From the NCBI RefSeq assembly GCF_026571515.1, contig NW_026853943.1:62001-126000 (forward strand): a stretch of DNA of 64,000 nucleotides. The letters are read 5' to 3'. The notes beneath the pieces were generated by a model, which was not told the DNA's origin, did no database searches, and was given only the letters and a program-made list of their open reading frames with translations. Source of the DNA: Ruditapes philippinarum. Taxonomy: Eukaryota. Both the position numbers and the translations under genes were made by a program. The stretch's first letter is position 1. Each line of letters opens with the position of its first letter. Below, in pieces: positions 41,701 through 54,000 of the stretch.

Positions 41701-43410
41701 TTATTTTATACAAACATTTTCAAAGCATGTAATTGGAATTTACATGTAGATTAAATTCCTATTAATTTGAATACCATTGGTGTTTATTTTTCTTACTTTG
41801 TAAAGTACATACTACTAAAGTAATACCTGTTGACACTGATAAAATGTCTGGATCGGAATGCTTCTCTTCAGCTTGGTCTACTTGACCTACTATGCTGTCA
41901 TCACCTTTTGTTAATAATAAGATATTATAGCAAAATGTGCAAACAACAGAAAACATAAAGTCATTTTTATATAAATAAAAAAAAGAAAAAAAAGACAGCA
42001 ACAACAAAAAGTAAAACTACAACAACAAACAAATTTCTGTCATTGCTATATATAATGTAATACTTTCGAATTACTCAAAGCTAATTTAAAGTATCTTTAC
42101 TTAGAATATACATGTATAAGTAAACATATTAAATAGAATATTTATTTCATAAAACCAACTCTTCTTACCTATGGCGTATATAAGTTTTGGTTTTCCTGTC
42201 AGCAAAGGTGCATTTGTGTCATTTAAAGAAGTCGGTATGTAGTCAAATGTGAAGTTATCCGGTGTTCCAAATATAATTACCACAAATGAATCCACATATT
42301 TAATGTCTTCGCATTTAGCCTCCTCAATAACTATACTTCTGATATCCTAATATAATATCCATTGATGAAAGCAACGCAACATTTGACAATTATATTTCAA
42401 ATATATATCTTATTCAATATGCAAAGTTACTAGGCGATAGTCTCTACATATAAGTTTAGAATCAATCATCGAGAAAACTTTTTTTCTGTGTGTAACTATA
42501 ATGTGTTGAAACAATTACAATAAAACTTAACATCATTGCCAAGAAAAAGATGTTCAGAAACATGTATTCTAGTGTTAAATGGCGTATTTATGTTACCTCT
42601 TCAGATTTTCCTGTTTCAATTCTGACAGTATAGTTCATCTGCGTGAAAAGATCTTTAAAAAGTCGCAATGCTTGGTAACTTGCATTTGCTAATAGGAGAA
42701 CTCTGCCTCTTACATACCGTGTAATTGCATAAACCTTTAAAACAAAAAAGTCCACGTGTAAATGTATATCTTATTTTCATATCGGTAGTTTAGTTTTCGA
42801 CATAGACAAAATTTGAAAAAAGAAAACAATGCTATTGAATTAAGAAAGTTTTTCATGTTAAAAACCTTATATTGTAAACATTATAATGGTAAATATTCAT
42901 GATATGTTCCAACCGTGTCTTTTGCTTTCATTTGTTCTGCCATCAAACTATCTGGGGAGCAATGTGTAATTATAATTTCTCGTTCTGTATGTACCCACCG
43001 ATCAAAATCCTTATCTGCAAACGAAAGAAATTAGAAACGTTTGTTTGTTAAACATTAGGCTTCAAACTGATTTTACAAAAGAACAATAAAGTTGAAATTT
43101 AAACTACATTGAACGAAATGCAATATGTACTAATTCACGCAACTGTTTACCCGGGATCAGAAAAACGTTAGGAAAATTTATTTCCTTTGTTCATAACAAC
43201 CGAGGTAAAATTTTTTACTGAACCATAATAAATTATATCGAGCTTTCACAAAATGTTGCATATTACGAAGACAAAGGTATAGCATTTTTATGACCATCAT
43301 CAGTGTTTCAAGAATTCGAAAAATTGGTATAATTATAGTAGTAACTTACCGAGATCGTACATGTTTATCGGAGTGCCATCAAGTTTTGTAATAATGTCGG
43401 CAATGTCCAT
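32715..43410 (-). CDS. Pseudocaspase-Roc-COR-death domain protein, paralog A (about 1133 aa, 16 coding exons)
   Basis: Exons 43410-43350, 43014-42914, 42734-42597, 42346-42169, 41904-41827, 40817-40738, 40038-39945, 38253-38002, 37771-37449, 36519-36393, 36133-35942 (GC donor), 35583-35477, 35159-33861, 33754-33715, 33437-33313, 32921-32715; 3402 nt, phases consistent. Caspase motifs VYAITRYVRGRVLLLAN, DSFVVIIFG, NAPLLTGKPKLIYAIGDD, DPDILSVST, TMKKEFYFFPG. Roc motifs GLYGAGKTS, STDGID, WDFAGQFVYYATHQLFF, IVIVGTHSD. COR motifs YWGELIPAKWLELE, ILQPQWIINAF. Death domain LSRLTNAIGKDWKRL...KIEENYP...LYQWK. Confidence 0.9.
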
Positions 43411-45225
43411 CGTTCAGACTGTTTTTCAACAATTTCAACATTAAAGGGACTCCACTAAGGTTTAAAAGCCTAAAATTATAATATTTGAATTTCTTACATA
43501 AATGAGCTTGGGTATTTTAAACAGAAATATATGCAAAGATAGTTAAGAAATTTACTTCGGAATAACATGAAAAAGCGAAAGTTATCAGAAATTTTGCACA
43601 AAGATTAGTGGTCTATAAATATTACGACAAAAAATACATTCCTTCTTATTTTGCTATTTTCTAGGGCTATACATATGTACACCTTTTATAGGACAAAACA
43701 CAGCCTTAATCTATACAATTATGAAACATGAACTGTAACAAACTAATTTTAATTCCTTCAAAACAAAATCCGATCTATTTCACTATTTTAACACTTTCAC
43801 AATTATCGTGTGTTAACCGTGTACTCTTATAAAATGTCTAACAAATAAAGCATGTTATAAATTGAACAAGTTTAAAATTATTGATCTAAATTTTATATAA
43901 GTTAACTTTAATAGCATTCAAATATTTCCTTGAGAGCAAAACAAATTGACTATTCTTTATGAATTTACGATTTTAAATAAATGACCCTGATCCAAATAAT
44001 TGCTCATTCATTTTTAGAAATGACCTGCCAAAAAATAACATATCTATTACATTAAGTAGAGACATAGTGTATATTGATTTAAAAATACTGAAGAATTGAA
44101 GAATTTTCTACCAGGAAGTTAGTTTTCTTCCTGGTTTCATTTTATCGAAACAAAATGCTAGCTTAAGCAAGACGCACGTAGACAATTATTAGATATGCAA
44201 TTTGATATGTAAACATGAAGCCTAATGTGTATTTGTATACGCCCTTGAAATATATATATAATGTTATGCACCTGGTCGTCCGTCCAACAACTTACCGAGA
44301 TCGTACATGTTTTTCGGAGTGCCATCAAGTTTTGTAATAATGTCGGCAATGTCCATCGTTCAGACTGTTTTTCAACAATTTCAACATTAAAGGGACTCCA
44401 CTGAGGTTTAAAAGCCTAAAAACATAATATTTGAATTTCTTACATAAATGAGCTTGGGTATTTTAAACAGAAATATATGCAAAGATAGTGAAGAAATTTA
44501 CTTCGGAATAAACTGAAAAAGCGTAAGTTATCAGAAATTTTGCAAAAAGATTAGTGGTCTATAAATATTACGAAAAAAATACATTCTTTCTTATTTTGTT
44601 ATTTTCTAGGGCTAGACATATGTACACCTATATAGGACAAAACACAGCCTTAATCTATGCAATTATGAAACATGAACTGTAATTAAACTAATATTAATTC
44701 CCTCAAAACAAAATCCGATCTATTTCACTATTTTTACACTTTCACAATTATCGTGTGTTAACCGTGTACTCTCATTAAATGTCTAACAAATAAAGCATGT
44801 CATAAATTGAACAAGTTTAAAATTATTGATCTAAATTTTATATAAGTTAACTTTAATAGCATTCAAATGTTTCCTTGAGAGCAAAACAAATTGACTATTC
44901 TTTATGAATTTACGATTTTAAATAAATGACCCTGATCCAAATAATTGCTCATTCATTTTTAGAAATGATCTGCCAAAAAAAAACATATTTATAACATTTA
45001 GTAGGGACATAGTGTATATTGATTGAAAAATACTGAAGAATTGAAGAATTTTCTACCAGGAAGTTGGTTTTCTTTCTGGTTTCGTTTTACCGAAACAAAA
45101 TGCTAGCTTACGCAAGACGCACGTAGACAATTATTAAATAAGCAATTTGATATGTAAACATGAAGCCTAATGTGTATTTGTATACGCCCGTGAAATATAC
45201 ATAATGTTATGCACCTGGTCGTCCG
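43343..45225. repeat. Near-identical 946-bp tandem duplication containing coding exon 1 of paralog A
   Basis: Units 43343-44283 and 44289-45225 both start aacttaccgagatcgtacatg and end gttatgcacctggtcgtccgt; the second exon-1 copy is at 44356-44296. Confidence 0.92.
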
Positions 45226-45499
45226 TTAGTCAGTCTGCTAGCAGGTTTCGTGTCCGTTCTGTATATTTTGAACCCGTAGAAGGAAATTGAAACTCCTTCG
45301 CAGAAATATAGACTATAACAAGACGATGTGCTGATCGCAGGTTTGGCCTTCCTGATGTCAAGGTCACAGTCATATTGTATCAATTTTGACATTTGGTGTC
45401 TGCTCTGTATTATTTGATCGACAGAGAAAAAAGAAAACTTTTGGCAGAAATGTTACTTATAATGAGACGATGTACAGAACACAGGTTTGAACTACATGA

Positions 45500-46300
45500 G
45501 ATCGAGATTAACCACGCCCCAAAGATAACTTAATTTATATAGACTTACATATGAAAACATGTTTGAGTTACATTGCCTTAGAGACCTTTACCAAACTGCT
45601 ATGAATCATGCGCCCTGGTTCAATATTTTCCCCGCGCTAGGGATCACTTAATTTAATAGACTTATATAGGAAACATATTGACATGTGCAACTGAAATGCC
45701 CAAAGCTTAATATATTTTTCATGTATAATCGCTTGTAGACCACAATATAACTTGTAACCATACCCCTTGGGGTCACTATTTGCCCTGCCCCGGTAGTCAC
45801 TTAGTTAATATGGTTTTGTATAGGAAAACATATTTAAGTCATATTTTGGTGAAACTGCAATGTCTAAAATTTATACATTAAGCGTGTAGCATTACCTTGT
45901 GCACCTCTGTAAAACTCATATTAATCCTGTCCCTGGGGTTAATATTGGCCCGCCCTGGGATCAGTTGATTTTTATAAACATATACATATATTGAAAAACA
46001 CATTTATTTCATATTGTGTGACACTACAAAGCTAAGAGTTTAGATAGTTGGCATGTAGTATCAAGCTGTAGATTTCTACGGTTTATTAATCATTAGTCAC
46101 TTGCTTTAAGTAGACTAAGGTAGATGACACATGCACTTTGGGTAAATAATGCTTCTTCCTAGGAGGTCATATATAATCACAGGGATAATTTAAATAAAAT
46201 ATTGTTTGTAGTCATTACTTGAATTAAAAGATAAACTTTTTTATTACTCAAACAAATTAACATTGGGGGCGTATATCGCTCCGCCTTTGAAGTGCTCTGG
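45500..46300 (+). mobile_element. Degenerate Helentron/HINE-type element with about 180-bp internal repeats
   Basis: Diverged versions of the ccctggggtcaaaattggccccgccc unit seen at 60480-62075. Confidence 0.5.
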
Positions 46301-46829
46301 TTAAAAAGGTAAACGTGAGATAATATTGAGTTGGTGTATTTTTAAATGTACATGTACTAGTTTTTAATATATTGATAAAGGTTCATCAAAAAATGTCGGT
46401 CATTATTTTATTGTCTGTTATCGTTCAGTTAGTATAAAAATATTAAATTAAGACGTTTAAAGTATGACAAATCTTATCTTATTAAACATTTTCGTTATCA
46501 TAAAATAAAGGTTTATTTCCTTGTCAAATCAACTTAAAACCACATAGGACACGGGATAGGCCTAAACAGTAAAATATTTTCTTTATGCTTACCCATCCTA
46601 AATGTGTTAATAATTACCTTGTGACGACTTCGAACAATAAAGGGACTTCACTAATGTTTGCTTTGACATGACCGGACTACCAGATTTTTTCTAATATATT
46701 TGATGTATGTCAATACCAATAATTTATGTGCAGAACTTTAATTCATTCGCTCATTTTCTTTAGACAGCTGTCAACAAAAAGTATTTATTTCCCCAATATA
46801 ACTTCCGTGTTACCTTCCTATCTTATCCC

Positions 46830-47068
46830 TTGCACTTCAAACCACTTGCCCTTTACCGCTGTTGGGTCGAATCCTGCCATTGGATTCTTTCATGTGAAGA
46901 GCTATCCAGCTAGCTGACAGAAAGTCCATGATTCTACCAAAATAAACCACCTGCTTGTGCATTAAATAATGCACGGAGGGGCACCAGAGGTCTTCTTGCC
47001 ACTAGTAAGCTTGAAAGTCGCCATATGATCTGTTCGGTGTTAGTGAGACTTAACCCACTCAACAACCC
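46830..47068 (+). mobile_element. tRNA-derived SINE, same family as 18715-18968
   Basis: cttcaaaccacttgccc...gggtcgaatcc...gctatccagctagc...gcacggaggggcacc...ggtcttc...gaaagtcgccatatga. Confidence 0.8.
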
Positions 47069-48013
47069 TAAAAATGTTATCTTTTTTGCCCTTGAAAATA
47101 TGTGCATTTGTGTAATCAAACAAAATCAATTGAGGCGATTTAGCATACCCATTTCAAGGCTTTATGATCTAGTATTTTGCTATGCCAGAAATCGATGGCC
47201 CATAATGGAATGTCTTAGCGTCCTTTGCATACTGCAACATAAACTCTCTTATATTCCTTCTTTCACAAATTTGTTAGATTTCATCAATTGGTTTTGATTG
47301 ACATTACTATAAATTTCGAATGATATGAGGAATCTCCCGTGATGCAATTAGCAGTCAATCGAAAGTAATATTGACCACAAATATAGATGCAATTGTTATA
47401 AAAAAAACAACATAATTATATGTGGCGCTGATTTACCTGTTTGTAATTAAAAATCAACAGTTATGGGCATATAGGGTACCAAACTAATCAAAAACAACGT
47501 TTTGTAGAATAAAAATATGTGTAAATTGGTATAACTTCAGACAACAATCTTCCTGTCAAAATACAACGATACAATAAATTGGTGTTCTGCTTCATTTGAA
47601 AAAGAATACAATTGCCGTTAACAAGGAAGAATGGTCCGTGGCTGCGTACGGCTGCCAAAAAGGACGTAGCCATTGGTCTGCATAATTATTATATAAGGGC
47701 TTATTTGCGGGTGCAAAAAGAAATTAGACAATTTACAAAATAAACAATTTTATTTTTGTAATATATATTAAATTAATAGATAATTATATAATGACTGAAG
47801 AAAGAATTTAACTCAAATCGAATAAAACATAAGATTATCATTTATGATTTCTTAACTCGTATAATGGTAAACAATTAAACGGAACAATATTTTACAAATT
47901 TGAAATAAAAATGTTTTCTCTTTCTTTCCAAACTGATATCATATCTATGTTATACATACGAATGTTAATTTTGACAAAAGAAATATTTCCAATTTCAAAT
48001 ATTAAATTTTAAG

Positions 48014-51000
48014 TTAAATCTCGTCAAATACATTCTGAACCTCCTCAAAGTCAATGTCTATGCCTTCCTTAGCAGCCTTCATTAGATCTTGCAATAGATC
48101 CATATTAGATGTTCTTCCGCCATCCTTCTCTTTATTTGACTTCCATAGGCGAAGAGCATGAAACTTCTGATATCTTTCATTTTCAGGGTAGTTTTCTTCT
48201 ATTTTCTCAACTGGAACATCCTACATTCAATAATTATATAAAAATAATGATTTTAATGGTTTAACATAATTTAAAAATACTTATATATCTTTATAACAAC
48301 TATATTCGTTTTTATATTGCTCTTATGCATATAAACTTAAAGGAAACCGAAACAAAAAAGGTGAGGAAGGGCTACTTTTATGCTTTAAATGTTTCATGAA
48401 GCATGTCAGATACAAGATGCTTAGAATCTTTATTGATAGAGCTATCATGGTAAAGTTTCCTATGTATTGAACTGAAAAATATGGTTTAAATGACATGTTT
48501 ATATGTATTTATAAAATAAAATAATGAGATTAAAATGGAAGTTTTAAACCTTGACATTCATAACTTTCATCAGCCTTTTCCAATCTTTCCCGATTGCATT
48601 TGTCAGTCTCGACAATGTTTTCTCTGTTATATACTCTTGCTTCAACTCTTCTGGTAATCTTACGACCCATGTATCTAGATAAGCGCAATTATCGTTTCTT
48701 AGATAAATGTTTTAGCAAAATTAGATACAAAATCCTATAAAAATATTTTAGTAAAAAAACTTTCTGTAAGTACGACAATGTAATTATAATATATTTTTCT
48801 GAAGTGTTTATTTTATGTTTACATTCAATAAAATCCAAAGAAAACATAATCACTGTTTAATTAATAATGTTCTATTATATTAAATAGATATTACAAATTC
48901 AGGTCTTAAAAATTATAACTGATCGCATTTTTTATTGTAACTTTTAGTAGGACCATAATTAAAAACACCATTACCAAATACACTTGGACCTTCCAAAGGA
49001 ATGCCTCGAGGGATCTGAAAATAAATGGAATAGAAAATATAAATATATCATTTAATAAAAAGTGAAGTCATGAGAGATTATGTCAACTTAATAGCAATAT
49101 TCTAGAAGGATTATCTTAGAATATTACCTTTCCATTAAACCATTCATGAAGCATTTCGACTGGCTTTAACGAGTGGGGGTCAGTTTTGTCCGAGTGCTCG
49201 GCGCAGAAGAAGTCTGTTCCTACAGCATTTAATAGGTCCTTTTCATTATGCAATCCTTCATCTAAAATATCGTCTTCAGTCGTTTCCTTGCATTGTAATT
49301 CATAAGAAAAATAGCGTGCTTCCTCTGAACTTTGTTCAACTTGAAAACGCATGAACTCTTTCTTCACAGCCGATGTAATGAAGCGACGAACCCGGTCACA
49401 AATATTTGGATCAACCATACCTGCTTTCTTTGAACTGTATCTTGTTATTCGCAAACCAATTTTTGATTGTTTGCTAAACAGATAGAGTCTATGAAGATCC
49501 TCTCCTTTTCCGTAGTTAACCTCAAACACAGCACAACCACAATACATCAAAATCTTCTTTCCGTTCTTAGCTATTGGCCACTTGCCAATACATAATGCCA
49601 CAACACGGTAGAAGATTGCGGGAGGCATAAAGTCATTACAAAAGCTCAAGCACAGAACAGGTGTACTGAACGATCCAATTCTTTCCTGCTTTTGTAGTAA
49701 GGTGATTGGTGGGATTTCTTTGAGCATACATGGAACGTAATAAAAATCCAGTTTTCTAACAGCTTCACCATCCTCAGTCAGTACTGATGCCATTGCAATG
49801 ATATCTAGTTTCTCCAGAACATCAAGAAGAAGATCAGAATTTTTTAAAAAGCTATTTTCCTCATCCAATTTCCAAATTTGCCTTGCAAACTCAGATGTGA
49901 GTCTTCCATTTTCATTGAATTCTTCCCATTGACTCTGTAAATTTCCATACTTTGTTCTAAAATCTGTTGCGCCAATGAGACTTCTGAAGGCATTTATGAT
50001 CCATTGGGGTTGCAGAATGATGAACTTGTTTAATTTGTCAGAATCACCGAAGTGGATAATAGAGCCCGTATCATGATGCGCCTTGAGGAAAAGCTGAAGC
50101 TGTTTTTTATCTTTCAATGGACTGGCAAGTGTGTTATCAAGTTGAACAAGTTGTTTCATAGTTATAAACGGTTTCCCCTCTAATCGCTTCTCATCAAGAA
50201 CTTGCTCGAGTTCAAGCCATTTCGCTGGAATCAATTCTCCCCAGTACGGCATTGTTTCTGAGATAGATAATATTGTATCTTTTAATCTCTCTAACTCTGT
50301 GTCTTGTTTTGTGTTGTCTAAAAGGAAAAATTCATGCCGAATATTATTTAAGTGTGGTGATCCTTGGAAAACGTTTCTAATCTTTCGGAAATACGCTTTT
50401 CCTTTTTTCATTTTTTCTGCATCGTTCTGCAATAGATAATTGTATAATCAGTAATATATATTAATAAAGAAAATATACTTATGCGTGTTTTCTATAGTTT
50501 GTTTAAAACTTTCTTAAATAGTATACTATAAAAATGATTAAGAACAGTCAGCTATCATAGAAAAATTAGGTTCATAAAATGTTAAATATGAAAAACAATT
50601 AAATTACCCCTTTCAGTTTGTCGCCATGTGTACCAACAATTACAATAGGAGGTATTCCAGAAGACGATCCTTTAGCATATGTAAAAATAGATCTTAGCCA
50701 GAAGTTGATCCCACCTTCAATTGATAAAAAAGAAAATGTTGAACTTTTTTCCTTTCATAAGGATTCTCAACACATTTTAGTAAATATTTAGATAAAAGGT
50801 GATTGTTTCTTACTTTATCTGATAGCATTTTGTCAAGCCTTCTGTAGTTTAAACATTATTTTTTGAAGTTCGATTATCAAAGTTACTTTTTTAAATTCTT
50901 CTCGGACCCACGAACTGAAACTAGCAGTGGTGTCATATAAAGATATATGACAATGACTCAAGAAAGGCTCGAATTATAAATCCTCGAGCTGAGAGTTCCC

Positions 51001-54000
51001 TAATCGCTTTCTTTTATAACGTAATGTAGAAAGGTAATGCGTATCATTCTAACTGAATTAACAGTTAAGTGAAAAGAAAGATAAATGATGTGGTAAATAT
51101 ATACCCTTTGTCTCAATCGATTGTTCTCCTCTTATATCCATATACCAATCATTTAATGTTTTCTGAAGATCGTCCTCCATATTCAAAACAAGCAGATATA
51201 TCGATCGTGGACTAAAGAAGAGTTGATGAGTTGCATAATAAACAAACTGACCAGCGAAGTCCCAAAATGAGACAAGAGCCTCTTGGTACTGTGTTCCTTC
51301 AATATTGCAAATGATATCAGTTCAAAAGAAATGTTCAACAAAACCAATGATTGACTAAACATTCATTGTCATACTGTCAAATATTAAAGCATGTCAATAG
51401 ACATTTAAAACTACACTTTTTTATTAATCTGGAAATACATATTTAATGAAGAACAATTAATGGTATTTGATTTCAATGTAAAGATGAAGCATTAAACTGA
51501 TGGATCAATCTTTTCCTTATGGTCTTAAATGTTAGCTATATTTTATGATTAATTTAGTTCACGAAAGAAATTGAATTCAATAAAAAAGACAGAACACATA
51601 TATTGTATCTAATATTTGTCTTGTAATCATATTATAAAGTAACGTTTGAAACCCTTGTTTGGAGTGTCAGCTGTCAGGGCTTGGCGAGCTCTCTTCATGC
51701 TTCCCATCTCATCGTTTACAATTTCAAAATCGTCAGAATATGAAGTTGATGATATTGATCGCACCTTTAAGACGTATAGATATATTAATTTATTCACTCT
51801 ATTGAATATTGATTATAACTCTCTCGGGATAAATGTGTTAACTATAAAAAATCTTTCTTTACTTCATATTTAATGTATTAGAATGAACAATATGTGCTGA
51901 GTATTTTTTTTTCAGGAGAAATCAATGGCATTTATCATTTGAATACATGAAAATTAGTAGGACAGTTATTAGAAACAACTGTGCTGTGCTACTTTCCTTC
52001 TCCATAAAGTACATGTATCCATAGATCCCTGACCTTTCCAATTCTAACTAGAGTTGTAAACCTTGTCACATATGATGTGGTTGATGACCAGAAACTTATA
52101 TTTGAAGTAAATACGTTTAAGAATAAAGAATTTATAGTGAAAAAGCGTACAAAACTAGAATCAGACATCTTGACGAGGTCCAGCCATGATAGCTCTAAAA
52201 ATACTCCATAAAATCAAGATTAAAATGATGTGTATAATTTCTATACTGCCATCAATCCATATTTTAAGTTTCATAAAATTTCAGTTCTCTTCGACTTGTC
52301 ACAAATATTGTTATATTTGCCATGTTTTAAGCCTTTTTGTTGCCATAGCAACCAATTTCTTCAAAATAGGAAGAAAACAAAAAGACACTGCCATCTACCC
52401 ATATTTCAAGTTTCATAAAACACTTTCAGTGCTTTTTGCATTATCACTTAATCTAGTTTATGTGATAAATTTGACATATTTTCAGACTATTTCTTGCCAT
52501 AGCAACCAAAATGTTCAACATAGGAAGAAAGGATAGAGACGTGCATATTCTAAAGCCTGCCATCTACCCATATTTCAAGTTTTATAAAAATATTTTCAGT
52601 ACTTTTTGCGTTATTACTGGATCCAGGTTATGTGTTAATTTTCCTATATTTTCAGTCTATTTGTAGCCATTGCAATCAGAATTTTAAACATAGGAAGAAA
52701 AAAAAGACGTGCATTATCTCAATACTGCCATCCATCCATATATCAAGTTTCATAAAAATATTTTCAGTACTTTTTGCGTTATTGCGGGATCCAGTTTTTC
52801 TGACGGACGGACTGACTGACAGACGAACGTTCTAACAGGAGAGTGATAATGTGGCTACTCTTTTGTTCTCTCTATTGTTCTACTAGCCACACAAAAGAAA
52901 ATAGCCACATAAATGCATTACGGAATGAATGACATCAAAGAGAAAGAACAGTTACCTATTGTCTCTCTATAGCTAGCCACATAATTACTATCCTGTGAGT
53001 GCGGATGTTCTGACGGACGGACGGAAGTTCTAACGGGACAGAAATAATGTGGCTACTCTATTGTTCTCCTTTTTTAGAGTAAGGATCTCTCAATTGTATC
53101 ATATCTAATATGTTTAACCTTTCATTGGATAAGCCATTCATTGTAAAGTTTTTCAAAGGTGCAACATATCTAACGCCCTCTAACAAAGGCGAATTCAAGT
53201 GATACTTACATTCATTCGTCGAAATTCACTTGTAACCGATGAAGTAGATGCACTGGATGACGCTAAGCTAGATGCATCATCATCCAAGTCATCATCATCA
53301 CATTCATCAATTGACCGTTTATTGCTTAGAGTTCTTGTTCTATGCGACTTTGAAGTATGGTCATTGTCTTCATCCATTTCCATTGCACTTGGGCTGTCTT
53401 CACTCGTTCCCCTCTGTAATCTTGGCTCTCGAAATTCTAGGTTTTTAATGTCAGGAAGCTGCTCCTGTGTTGTCTCGTCAGCGAAGTGAAGATCCTTCAA
53501 TTTCCTATGTGTCAAACTTTCTGGTGTATCTGTAAGAATAAAATATACACAAGTATTGTGGGTTTTTTACGTTCACTGATTAAAAACACAGCTTTAATTC
53601 TAATTCCTGTTCCGTGTCAGTCAGAATAGCTATTTTCGAGGTAGTAAATCAGTTGGATTTAAACATACTTGAATAAACATTTTTCAATCTTACAATGTAA
53701 ATGCATTTTACCGTTGTATATCTCCCATTTTCTTCTTCTGATATCTACTTTACATCTTCCAGTATGCACATCTATTCCGTCAGTACTTGTGACGTCATCA
53801 ATTTTCTGTCCCAAAATGCATCGTGCTGTACTCGTTTTTCCCGCGCCATACAAGCCAACAAACATCAGTCGTATATTATATGTTTTTACTTTTCCCTTTT
53901 CTAACATTTTCGTGTATAACTGCATGTCTTCTGGGTCCATTTTCTCAATTTCGTCAGGAAAAACTGAGATTTACATATAGAAGTATGAAAAATATGTTCC

